A stretch of 64,000 bases of DNA from Cyanophora paradoxa CCMP329 (Eukaryota; Plantae; Glaucophyta): positions 124,001 to 188,000 of the forward strand of contig QPMI01000560.1 of the NCBI GenBank assembly GCA_004431415.1, in the 5' to 3' direction. The notes beneath the pieces were generated by a model. That model saw only the letters and a program-made list of their open reading frames with translations, did no database searches and was not told the origin of the DNA. The position numbers and the translations under genes are program-made. Positions 1 to 11,800 of the stretch are shown piece after piece (the stretch's first letter is position 1; the number at the start of each line of letters is the position of its first letter).

Positions 1-3000
1 CGGCGGCGGAGCGGGCGGGGGTGCCGGGCTTGGAGGGGTCCCCCGGGGCGGCCCCCGGGGCGGCGAGCAGGGAGGTGAAGTTGAGGGCCGACTCGATGCG
101 CTGCAGGCGCAGGCCCGTCTCCGGGATCGAGTCGGCGCTGCCCAGCCCGCTCGGGGTCGGCTGCGGGGCGACCGCCCCCGCGTTGTTCTGCGACTCGGCG
201 CGGATGTACTTGCAGAAGTCGATGAGCGTCCGCTCGTCGGCCTCGAGCTCGCGGTTGTTGCCCGGGTCGTAGTACGAGGGGGTGCACAGGAACCAGGAGA
301 GGGTGGCGTTGTAGATGCGGTGCCGGAGGAGGGCGAGGCCGGCCTGGTCCGCCGCGTTGCTGTAGTTCGCCACGCGCAGCGCCAGCAGCAGCAGCTTGAA
401 GCGGGGGCCCACCGCCTGCGGCGCCAGGCTGCGCAGAGGGTGAGCGAGGCGCAGGAGGGGGAGGTGGAGAAGGCGAGGGGCGGGCCTGAGGGCGGCGGGG
501 TTGGCGAGGGCCTTGTGGATCATGGCGGCCATGATCTTGATCTGCTGCGGGCTCCGGTACCGCACCACCTCGAAGCGCTCCATCAGGAAGTCCACCCACG
601 CCCGGTGCGGCTGCCCGGCCTCCCGTCAGCGAGGCGCCAGCTGCGCCGGGCGGGGCGGCGCGGGGCGGGGCGCACCCGGATGTCGTGGGCGCGGGGGTAG
701 GGCACGTGGTGCGCGGAGGGGTCGAACAGGTTCTGGGGCCCGTCCGCCGCCGGCTTGCCGGGCCGCCGCTTCCGCTGCGTCGTGTTCGTCCGGTAGACTG
801 CCGAAGAGGCGCCCCGGGGCGTGAGAGGAAGCAAGGCAGAACAGAGGGAAGGGGCGGGGGCGGACAGCGGCGGCCGAGGGAGGGGAGCTCGAGGTGGACC
901 TCGTCCTCGTCCACGTCCTCCTCGCCCCCCTGCTCGCCGCCGAGCTGCTGGTCGGGGGGCAGGCTGTAGTCGACGGGGGGCGAGTAGTGCGAGAAGAGGC
1001 CGAGGCGCTGCTCCACGCTCCAGCCCCAGGCCCCGCAGATCTCCGAGAGCAGCCGCGTGTCGCTCTCCGGGAGGGAGGCTGCGATCCAGCCCCACGCGAA
1101 GACCCCCGTCTGGAGCGTCTGCGGGCTGAAGAGGTACACGGGGGCCCAGCAGATGAGGTGCAGCAGCTGCTCGCGGTAGCCGGCCTCCTTGGGGGCCGGC
1201 GGGTCCAGGCTGAAGCCGTCGGGGCCGGGGCCGGGGGCAGGGCGCTCGTCGGGGTCGGCGGCGGCGTCGGCGGCGGCGGCGTCGCGCTCCTCCTGGTCGG
1301 CGATGAGGAAGGCGGCGGAGCGGTACATCAGCGAGTCGAACTCGGCGAAGTCCACCACGTCCCCGTCTGCGGCGCCGGCGGAGTCAGCGGGGGCGGGCAG
1401 GGTGCGCGGGGGCCGGGCGGGGAGAGGGCGTGGCGCGCCCTGGTGCCGCTCGAGCATCTCCATGAAGGCGGCGACGAGGTGGCGCCCGACGGTGGGGCCG
1501 AAGGGCAGCCGCGGGGCCCCCAGGGCGCGCTCCGAGCGCAGGGAGCCGAGGTTGCGGGCGAGGTCCGCGAAGATGTGCCGCATCCCGCTGATCTCCCCCG
1601 CGTTGTACGCCTTAAGCTCCAGCGACGCCACGAACTGCCCTGCCGCCCCGCCCGGCTGCATCGCCGGCGCCTGGGCCGCCGGGCCGCCGCTGGGGGCCGG
1701 GGCGGGCCCGCCTCCGCCCTTGGCGTTGCGCTGGGCGCCGACCTCGACGACAACGGAGGAGCCGAAGTGGCCGAGGAGGGAGAGGGAGAGGGAGCGGAAG
1801 GACTGGAGGTACTCCTGCAGCAGCGTCTGCGTCTCCGCGGGGGCCACCGTGAAGGCGAAGGTCAGCCACTGGCTGCAGAGGCGCGAGAGGTTCTGCAGCA
1901 TCGCCGCCCGGTCGTGGAGCTCCTCGGGGAGGTTCAGCTCGCCCTCGGACCACGGGAGGAGGTACGTGGCGACGGAGCCGGCGGAGCGCTCGCACGAGTT
2001 GCCGACGACCTCGAGCAGGGAGAGCAGCGTGCGCCACGTCCGCCCCACGAAGAGCACCTGCCCGCATCGCCCCGCGAGCTCAGCGGGGGCGACGCGAGCC
2101 CCGGGCGGGCGGGGGGGCGGGGGCACCTGGGGGAACTTCTGGATGACCCAGTGGGTGAAGCGCTCGGCGGCGGTGCGGGCGCGGGGCACGCGGCTGCAGA
2201 GGTTCGTGAGGAGGGTCACCATCTGCTGCTCGAGGATCGCCTGCCGCTCGGCCGTCGGGCCCATCACCTCCATCGCCGCCATGAACGTCACGATCACCTG
2301 CAGCCGCCTCAGAGGGCGCGCGGCGGGCTGGCGAGCGGGGCGGGGCGGGGCGGGGCGGGGCGGGCCTGGTCGGCGAGGCCGACGATGCAGTCCATGAGGA
2401 GCTTGGCGGTGTCTCCGGCGTTGACGCCCGTGCCGGCGAGCAGCTCGATGCCGGCGTCCTCGAGGTACGCGAAGATGCAGTAGAGGCGGCGCCCGCCGTG
2501 GAGCACCCGCATCCGCTCCAGGTGGAAGACGGAGAGCACGTAGGTCGCCTGGGCGAAGCTGATCCGCGCGCTCGAGAAGAACGACGAGTTGACGTTGGGC
2601 GAGAGGTGCGAGATCATCTTGAGCATGTCCGCCAGCGTCTTCTCGGTGGCGGGGCTCTTGGTGAGCATGTTCTGGATGGAGATCTCGGTCTCGAGGTAGT
2701 TGTGGGACTTGCGGGTGACGAGGACGGGGCTGCGGTCGGCGACGCGCTTGAGGGCCTGGTGCCACTCGGGGAGCCACTGGCCCTCGTTGACGAAGCCGTA
2801 GAGGACGGAGTAGAACCAGACGGAGCGGAACGCCTTGACGTCCCCCGCCTCCGCCTCCAGGATCACCCGCTCGTCCGCCTCCCCGAGGCTGTCCGCCAGC
2901 GCCGGCAGCAGCGCCCCCAGCGCCCCCGCCATCGAGTTGGCCTGCGCCCCGAAGCCCGACTGCGCCGAGCGCGCCGAGATGTCCGCCCCGATCGTGTTGA

Positions 3001-5513
3001 AGAGCAGCAGCATGCGCCGCCGCAGGTCCGCCCGCAGCTTCTCGGGCTTCAGGCCGGCGGCGAGGGTCTGCAGGCACTGGGGGATCTTGGCGACGGCGCC
3101 CTTGTGCTTCTCGTCGAAGGGGCTGCGGTAGAGCTTCTCCATGAGGTCGACGGCCTCGCGGTAGGGCCCCTCGTGGCCCAGCAGGGCGATCCCCGTGAGC
3201 TGGTCGAGCACGGCGCCGTGGAGCTGCTGCGCCCCCGGGCGGTAGAAGCACTCGAGGAGGTACGGCACGAGCGACTCGACGATCTTGGGGTCCGAGGTGG
3301 CGGTCGCGATGCGCCCCACCAGCAGGATGAAGTTCTCCGTCGAGTGGTTCAGCTGCAGCCGCTCCGAGGGGCCCCCCTCCGACCCCATCTGACCCCCCGC
3401 GTCGGCCCCCGCGGGGCGGGCGGGCGCGGGAACGGAAGGCGCGCCGCACCTGGTTGAAGACGCTGTAGATGAGGCTCGAGACGGCGCCGCTGAGCTGCTC
3501 CGCGGCCCGCGGGCCGCCCGTCCGCCGCGCCTCCCGCGCGCACGTCTGCCGGCCGGGCGTGAGCGCAGGCGGTGCGGAGCAAATAGGAGGGGGCGGGGCG
3601 GGGGGCGCGCCTTGAGGATGACGCAGACGGTGCGGATGATCTCGTCGCGGAGGGCGGGCTCCTCGCGCAGCAGCAGGCCGACGGCGCGGGGGTCGTTGAG
3701 GATGGGGGCCGTGAGGACGCTCCGGAGGGTGTCGGCGAGGGCGAGGGCGATGTCGGGGTAGCGGGCGGCGAGCTCGGCGGCGCCGCGGAGGGAGCGGGAG
3801 TAGAACTCGGCGATCTCGGCGGAGGAGGCGTGCTCGAGGATGCGGGCGAAGTCGAGCTGGGAGGCCCCCGCCATGTCCTTGAGCAGCTCCGTCGTGAAGG
3901 CCACCACGCGGCCCTTCAGCGCCGGCACCAGCACCGCGCACCGCACCGCCAGGCGCGAGGCCGCCGTCAGCAGCACCACGGCGGGGTGCGGGCCCTCGCC
4001 GGGGCCGGCCGGCGCGATGGTGGCGAGGGCGGGGGACCCGGGGGAGAGGTGCCCGCGGCGGCGGCTCTCCTCGTCGACGGCGAGGCCGAGGTCGGCGAGG
4101 GCCTTGATGGCGGCGTCAAAGAAGGCGAGCGTGAACTGCTCGCCGTGCTCCACCGCCGCCCCCGCCAGCTCCAGCGACTGCGTGATCTGCGCCATCGTCC
4201 GCAGCAGCAGCGGCCGCAGCACGTAGCCGCCGTCCAGCAGCGCCGGCTGCGGAAGCGGCGGGAACTCCGCCTCCACCACCTGCGCCAGCGTCGTCCGCCG
4301 CCGCGCGCCCGGCACCGACGAGGGCCCGGCGCGGGGCCCGCCGGCGACGACTTGGTAGCCGCCGTTCGAGGCGCCGGCGCCGTTGGCGTCGGCGGTGGTC
4401 CCGCCGTAGACGATGGCGCGGCTCGTCTCGATGGGCAGGGGCGGGAGCTCGCCGGTGGGGACCTGCGGGTACACCGGCACGAGGTCGTCCCGGTGGGCGT
4501 CCAGGTGCGCCAGCTCGTTCACCAGGTCCTCAGACACGCCCTCCGTCCCCTCCTCCTCCTGCGCGCGCCGCGCTCGGCCCCGCCCCGCACCCGCCGGCCC
4601 CCCGGCGGCGGCGAAGGGGAGGCGCGCACTAGCTCGCGGCGCTCGAAGTCCGAGAGCAGCGTCCGCAGCTTCTCGTCAGAGATCATGACCGTGACGAGGG
4701 CGGTAAGCTGCCCGATCTGCTGCTCCGTGATGTTCTCGAACCTGGGCGCCGGGGCGGCGTGAGAGGCGGCCGGCGGGGGGCGGGACTGCGGGCGCACCGG
4801 CCGTCGCCGAGGGCCTTGAGAAAGCCAGCGAGGGTGGCGATGGCGTTGTAGCTGAGGTCCCACTGCGAAGCCGCCTGCAGCGCTTGGGCGCCGCCCGGAA
4901 TGTCGCTGTAGCTCTCCGGCGCATCCTTGTTGCTCCACACGAGCGAGAGCGACTGCTCCAGAGAGTAAAGCACTTCCTCGACGAGCAACTGGGCCATTTC
5001 CGGCGTCCTGCACGGGATCCCGTTAGCTGCGCGCGATTGAAAACCCGGAAGCGCGCAGTACCTGTTCGCGATGCGAATGCAGTAGGATATGAGAAGTCTG
5101 CCGAAGCGCTTCGTCGCATAGCGGGACCGTCGGGCCCGCGAGATGCAGGACATGTATGGCAGCGCGTGGAGGTACTTCAAAACCACCGGCACCAGCTGAG
5201 CGGCGAACTGCCCGCCGGAGAGCACAACGAATCTGCTCCGAACGCTCTCATAAGCGGGGCGGGCGGCGGCGCTGGGCGGGGCGGGGCGGGAATCGATCCT
5301 AACGAACCGCGCCACAGCCAAAACCGCATCCTGGCCGGCGGCACTGAGCTGGAAGGTGGTGGGCGGGCGCCCATTGCTCGTTGAGAGCTCGTCTGGGAGC
5401 CGGGGGCACATCCGCACGATGCGCTCGACTTTGGGCCATGGCGCGGGCCCCTTCGAGAGCACCCGCACGAGGCCCAGCAGCGACTCATGATTCTCGGTCG
5501 CTGCCGCGACCAT
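1..5513 (-). CDS. PI4KA: Phosphatidylinositol 4-kinase alpha (PI4KIIIalpha/Stt4), N-terminal and middle exons; the gene runs off the left edge
   Basis: Spliced minus-strand exons start MVAAATENHESLLGLVRVLS. The block FRSVWFYSVLYGFVNEGQWLPEWHQALKRVADRSPVLV matches the conserved PI4KA solenoid motif (FRxFWxYxVLxGF...WPxEW...SPxL). The kinase domain is not in the window. Confidence 0.85.
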
Positions 5514-5744
5514 CTCGCTTCGCCGGCCGCACCCCTCCGAACTGAGCCGAGAAGCGGCGCTCAGGAAAAAAACGTGGGGGGAGGAGAACTGGGGGTACGC
5601 AGCGCTAACATCCACCAGCCTGCCCGAGCGCGCGTCTGCGGCGATCGCACTCTCAAAGGACTCAACACTCTGAGCGCGTGTTATATCATTGAAAAGCGAC
5701 CCACCGATCGCGCCCTCCTCTTTCAGCCAACATCACCCTGGGCG

Positions 5745-6584
5745 ATGGTGAAGTCCAGCAGTGCGCATCGTTCAGCCTCTTGCAAGTAGCACATCTGGTA
5801 TCTAACTCAGCGGCGCAGAGAAGCGGCGGGCGGCGAAGGATCGTGCGGCCGTGGAGGATGGTGTTGAGATCCCGTCGAAGCCGGCGAAGGCGGCAAAACG
5901 CGCAGAAAAGAATGCGATGGATATGACAGCAGACGATGAGTGGCAAACAGGCCCCGTGCTCGGTTCGTCAGGGGTCGTGCGGGCGAATGGGCCTCTGGTC
6001 GCGAGGTGCTAGCTATGAAGGGGCCTAGCTATTGTGCCACCGCGGCACTCAGGCGCTGGTATAAGGCGCATGCGCGGGGCACTCCTCACTTCGTTTGGTC
6101 AGCGCACGGCTTCTGACTTGCTGATTTCAGGTTCTGAGCTCGAACGCGCAGCAGAAGCAGCAGCGGCAGCAGCCTCTGGAGAGGGCGCGGGCGGTCTTAG
6201 TGCTGGCATGCTCAACCCTGGCGGCGTGGATCCGAACGCAGCGCCCAAGCCGAAGAGCGGGATGTCGGTGGCGTCCTCCTCCTTCCAGAGTCGCGGCTTC
6301 GGCTACCCGATGAAGAAGCTCAAGGTGAAAGCGAAAACGCGGAAACAGATCCTTCGGGAGCAACGAAACAAGGACCGTGGCATCGCCCTGAACGAGAAGG
6401 TCAGCATCAAAATGCTGAAGAAGAACAAGGTTCGCCCCCGAGAGCGCGCGCTCCCGCCAGCTGGCCGCGGCTACTTCTGGCTTCTGGATACCGCGGCCCT
6501 GCGCGGCCGGTTACGGCTACTTCTGACGTGCACTCCGTGCAGAAATTGGAGGCAAGAGAAAAAGCCAAAAACCTGTATTCGTGA
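5745..6584 (+). CDS. Small basic Alb1/Ecm1-like ribosome biogenesis protein (multi-exon)
   Basis: Splices to MVKSSKKRRAAKDRAAVEDG...KAKTRKQILREQRNKDRGIALNEKVSIKMLKKNK|KLEAREKAKNLYS*. The basic helical C-terminus resembles Alb1-family proteins. Confidence 0.5.
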
Positions 6585-7012
6585 ATCTGTCGTGTAAATT
6601 TCTGGACTCTTAGGCTTTGGTGATGGGGGCTCGTTTTCACTGGAGCACATGTGGATGCGGATGGATACTGTGTCGGAGCTAGCGGCTAGTCTTGGAGGCC
6701 ATGGCCAAGCTGGCGGTTCGAATTCATGGGGCACGGGCATCAAGAGATATCGTGCATCGATCTAGCTCATCAGATAGCTAGCTAGCTAGAATCGCGGCGC
6801 TGCCGCATAGAGGCAGATCTAGATCTATCGACGTCTGGCGGCGCGCGGCCCGGCGCTAGTGCGAGCGCTGCAGCTGCACAGCCGGAGGCAAGACCGACGG
6901 CTTGGAGCGTGTATACCGGCCCCGTACTTCCCGACAATGGCGCGCCGCCGCGACGCAGGCAAGCGTACCCCCCTGGACAAAGAGGTTGGGGTCGCAGCAA
7001 AACCCCGCCGAA

Positions 7013-8230
7013 ATGGCGGCCGCGGACGTCAGCAGGGAGCTAGCACGACAAATAGTGAGCGGCGACGCGCCCATGGTGCTGGATATCCACGCGGGCGCTA
7101 TGGACCTGGAGCGGCAGGTGTGCCCGGCGCTTTCGCGTCGGCTCGACGATGTCTTAGCCAGTGTCTTGCGCAGGTTCTCGGGCCCCTGTCAGCTGCGGGG
7201 ATCCAGGTCGGCCGGCATGGCGCCCTCATCGCCGAGGAGCTCTACCAGGTCCGAGCAGCGCATCGGGGCGAGCCCGCAGCCTCTGACAAGACCGATCCGA
7301 GCACAGATTCCGATGATGGAACTTGGGCAGATCCTCGAGGTCACTGTGAACGGGGTGCGACGACTTGCGCCTGGGAGCCTCGCTGTCGCTGGGCTGACGA
7401 GCGGCTCGCTCCGCAGGAGAAGTGCCCGCCGATCGGTATGGTGCTTGGAAATGTCGTTGGGAAACCCGAGGCGCGTCGCCCCGCTGAGTTGCAGCCGCGT
7501 ATCGTGCCTGACGCGCGCGGGCGCGGCGCAGGTGAAGCAAGTGTACAAATCGACCGAGCTGGCGGAGGCAGAAGCGCAGGGCATGTCCGTAGTCAGCGCC
7601 GGGGAGGTCCTGTCAACGATGGAGGTGCCGTGCAAGCACAGCGCGGGCTGTGCCATCGACAATGGCGCTTCGGACGGCGTCTTCGTCGCCAGCATCGAGC
7701 CGAGCTCCACTGCCCTCCCCTCGCAAGGGAGCAGCGAGCTCTCGATGCCCGGGCTGCTCAACACGCTCCCGGAGAGCCCAGCGGCGAGCAGCAGCGAGGC
7801 GAGCGCGAGCGGCGTGGCGAGCGGCAGCCGAGCGCCGAGCGGCAGCGGAGCGGGCAGCGCGGACGGCAGAGGCGCAAGCGGCGGCAGGGGAGGCGAGGCT
7901 AACGCGGCGGACGCGGTGTGGACAACGGTGGGCGGTGGCTCGGACGGGGCATGGACGGAGGCAGGCCCGGCGCCGTCGGAGGCGGAGCGGGGCAGGGCGG
8001 CGCCTCCGCCGGCGTCTGACGAGGCCGGCGAGCTGGTCGCGGAGTGGGGCGACGAGCCGGGCGGGGTGAACCCCGACGGAGACGGGGACGGGGACGGCGC
8101 CCCCGACGGGGGCTACGCCGGCGAGGAGGCCCACGACGCCGAACTCGAGCTCTCCGAGGCCTCCGCCGACGCCGACCTCCCCATGGGGCCCTCCCCCGCC
8201 GCCGCCGCATGGTCCGGCCAGGGACTGTAG
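7013..8230 (+). CDS. Hypothetical protein (multi-exon, acidic low-complexity C-terminus)
   Basis: ATG in AAATGG context and consistent short introns. Reads MAAADVSRELARQIVSGDAPMVLDIHAG... No recognised domain. Confidence 0.55.
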   Translation: MAAADVSRELARQIVSGDAPMVLDIHAGAMDLERQVCPALSRRLDDVLASVLRRFSGPCQLRGSRSAGMAPSSPRSSTRSEQRIGASPQPLTRPIRAQIPMMELGQILEVTVNGVRRLAPGSLAVAGLTSGSLRRRSARRSVWCLEMSLGNPRRVAPLSCSRVSCLTRAGAAQVKQVYKSTELAEAEAQGMSVVSAGEVLSTMEVPCKHSAGCAIDNGASDGVFVASIEPSSTALPSQGSSELSMPGLLNTLPESPAASSSEASASGVASGSRAPSGSGAGSADGRGASGGRGGEANAADAVWTTVGGGSDGAWTEAGPAPSEAERGRAAPPPASDEAGELVAEWGDEPGGVNPDGDGDGDGAPDGGYAGEEAHDAELELSEASADADLPMGPSPAAAAWSGQGL

Positions 8231-8896
8231 CAGCCCGGCCTCCCCCTCCCCCTTCCACGCCCGCTTCTCCGCTCCTCGCGTTCTTCCCCCGTGTAATTAG
8301 ATTACCACTCGTAACGTAGCTTTAGTAGCGCAGGTAGGTTGCAAAACCATGATTTGAACTCTTCAGCTCGGATGAACCGGTCGACTGCACCATGGCCAGG
8401 CCAGGCCAGCTACTAGGCAGCTAGCGCTCTAGCAAGCCCCTGCTGCTGGAGCAGCTGCTGGAGCATTCGAACACGTGCACCAATTACGTAGCGGCGCGCT
8501 CCGGAGCCATATGCGCACGCATGGCCACGGGCCACGGCCACCGGCCGCGGTACCTCGCGCTCCGGATCCGCACGGAGGACAAATCGAATTTATCGCGCGC
8601 CCCGACCCGGCCCTGCATTTCGTAGTACTAGTGCGCGCAGCCGCTGAGCGCGGCCGAGCTGCGCGCCCGCTGCGAGATCAGAATGCGAACGACGCTGAGC
8701 GGAGCGAGCGCGAAGTCGCGCTTAAGACTGCAGCACCCTCCCAGCCGCGCGCGCGCGGCGCCGGCCGGCCGCTGAGCAACTGCCAGGCTGTTACCGGAGA
8801 GCCTGCGGTACCCCTCCCTTGTCGGGGTATGCGTGTGCAGACGCTAGAGAACCTAGAGACGCCAGCGCCGCAGCCGATGCCGCCGGTCCGGAAGCG

Positions 8897-11800
8897 ATGA
8901 GTTCAGCACAGAAGTTGAAAGCGCGGCTGCGCGCGAAGGCAAAGGAGGGAGAAGGAGGTGCGATCGGTCCGGCTCCCAGCACTTTCGTCCTGACCCGCTT
9001 TCAGGGCTCGTCGCGGACAGCGCAAAGAAACAGGCGTCGCGTCTGCAGACGTTCTGGCGCGGGCTCTCAATCGATGAGCGCAAAGTGCGGAATGGTACCA
9101 CTGCGTCGCGACTGCCGGCGCTCACGCGTGCATTCGCAGGCATTCCTCCGTGAGCAGGCAGTCTGGAGCGTAGACGGGATCACACAGCAGATCGCGAATT
9201 TCATCCGCGTGCCGGACGATGCGGCGGCGCTGATCGTCGAGGAGGGCCTTGAAGCGCTCCAGGACAGGCTAGCTGCACCCGGTGCGCAGCCGCATTGTCG
9301 TTTAACACACGCGAATCTTATTCGATCGATCCGGCTCGAAAGGGCTGCCAGACTCATGCCCGACGCACAAGAAGGGTAGAATTCCGCTCCGCCCAGAGCC
9401 ACAGAAAGTTGCCGGCTTGCTTCAGTTCTACATCGGTGCCACCGGTCCTCAGAGCCTCCGCCAATTGGGGCTGATGCATAATTGCTGCAGCTGTGGTTCT
9501 CACCGGTCCAGGCCACGGAAACCAGAAGTCGAATGTGCTGCCGGCTCCGCTTGTCGATGCGGGCGAGTGCGGATACACAATCTCCTTCTCAGAGCTCGGT
9601 GCGGTCTTCTGATCGGAGCGGCCCGCCCGGCTGACCTCGCGAGCACCCGCAGCGCTGTTCCGCTGCAGCGATGTGAGCAACAGCGTTCGCGGTCCTTTCT
9701 TTAGTTTTGGCGGCGATGGTTCGCGGTTCTCATTCGTCGTCTTCGTGTCGCCGGAGCTCACAACGCCACCGCAGAAGAGACGATGCAAGTTGCGTCCAGC
9801 ATCGATGGCTCCCGGCCGATATCAACAGCTGGAAAGGCTCATGCCTCCGTTCGGTCAGCGAACATCCTTCTTTTCGTTCGCACTTTAAATGACCTGTTGC
9901 TTCAGACTCATCATGGCGCCCATGGACGCCTGCGAAACCTGGAGCGACTGCTTCGACATGCCGCCCGGAGGTACGGGTCTTTGCGTGTCTTCTCGCAATC
10001 GCTGCTGAGAGCACGCCAGGGCGCGTTCTCATCCACTGGGATTTCGATGCCGAGGAGGTGTGGGCTGCGCGTCACGGCATCGGCACGGGCAACCGCGGCA
10101 AGTCGAAGGTCGTCTGCGGGCCTGCGGTGCGCGGCGCGGGGCGCGGGAGCGCGTTGCGGGGCCTGATGTCCGGGCCGGCGGCAGTTCTACCTCATGGACC
10201 TCTCGTCGGAGGGCGTCTTCGACTGCCACGGCTTCGTGGACCGCAAGGTGGCCGGCGGGCAGTCTATGACGATCCGCTGCGAAGTCGGCCGCGCCGAGAA
10301 GGACCGCCGCTTCTACCTTGTCGACACCCTCCAGGTCCAGCTCTCCTGGTGCGCCCCGCCCCGCCCCGCCCCGCTCCTCGCATCGCTGACGGGAGGCTGG
10401 CAGGGACATCATCGCGCTGTGCTTCGCGCTGCCGATGATCCACCCCGGGGATCCGGGCCTGCACGCCTGCCAGCACTACAAGGAGGGCGACTCCAAGTCC
10501 ATCTGCTCCCTCTGCCGTCTCGTCCGCCTCAGCCGCGAGGACAAGCCCGGCCTCGGCCTCCCCACAGGGGCCCCGGCGCTTGACGGGCCGGCGGCGGCGG
10601 CCTCGGCGCAGCCGGCGGCGGTGCCGCCGGTGCTGGTGGTGGACGAGGAGGGGCGCATGTTCGCGGCGGAGCAGTGGGCGGAGTTCGGGACGGTGCCGGC
10701 GCTGAGCGAGGAGCAGCAGGTGCTGCTGCCGCACCGGGACCTCTCCAGCATGGCACGCGACCGAGCCATCGAGCTCCTCTCTTCCAAGCACGCCCCGCCC
10801 GCCGCCGCCGCACCGGCGCCCTCCCCGCCCCAGCGGCCCGCCCTTCCCGCCCCGGACCTCGAGATGGGCGGCCAGGCCCCCGAGACCGACGGGCCGACCC
10901 CCAACGCCCTCCCCTCCCCCGGCCCCTCCTCCCCGGCGGCCGCCGGGGACGCCCAGGCGCTGCAGCAGCCGCAGCAGAGCCAGGCGCTGGCGGCGGGGGG
11001 GCAGGGGGCGGGGGAGGGCGAGAAGGACGGGCCGCAGTGCTACGGCGAGGTGCTGCGGGCGTACGCGGACACGAACGCGCTGCTGCGGAAGGACCGGCGC
11101 GTGGCGATGGACGTCGAGGCGCAGCTCCGCGGCATCGAGCGCGGCGCGCCCCGCGGCGCCGAGGCGTCCCCCATCCAGGAGCCCATCAACCTCATCGACC
11201 CCGGCCACATCTTCTCCTACCGTGCGCCCCCCGCCCCGCCCCGCCCCGGGCCGCCGCCGACGGGACGCGCGGGCAGGGTTCACGGGGGACGCGATGACGT
11301 TCTGGGCGGGTGGCTACATGCCGCTGGGGGAGCGCGGCATGCTCTTCTCGTCCGAGTTCCGCCTCCTGACGAGCCTCTTCATGCTGACGCGGATGATGGG
11401 GGAGCGCCCGAGCGGGAACGCGTCGACGGGGATCTGCAAGAAGCGCATCCAGAAGGCCCTCGAGATGTACCAGAAGGTCCTCACCGAGGTCCTCGAGAAG
11501 CTCGAGACGGCCGAGTTCCAGCTCGCCATCCCCACCGGCCCGCCCCGCAAGCGGGCCCTGGAGGAGGGCGAGGGCTTCCCCGGCGCCGCCATCCACGAGC
11601 TGCTGCGGCGGCACATCGCGCTGCAGAGCTCGATCTTCTACGAGCACAACCCGACGCAGATCGCCAACCTGCTGCTCCAGCACCACGGCGAGGGCACCGA
11701 CGTCATCGAGTACCTGCAGAAGTGCCGCCTCTGGATCGACGCGCAGCTGCGCATCCGCGAGGGCGAGCTGCGCGCCCAGGAGCTCCGCCTCAAGCTCCTC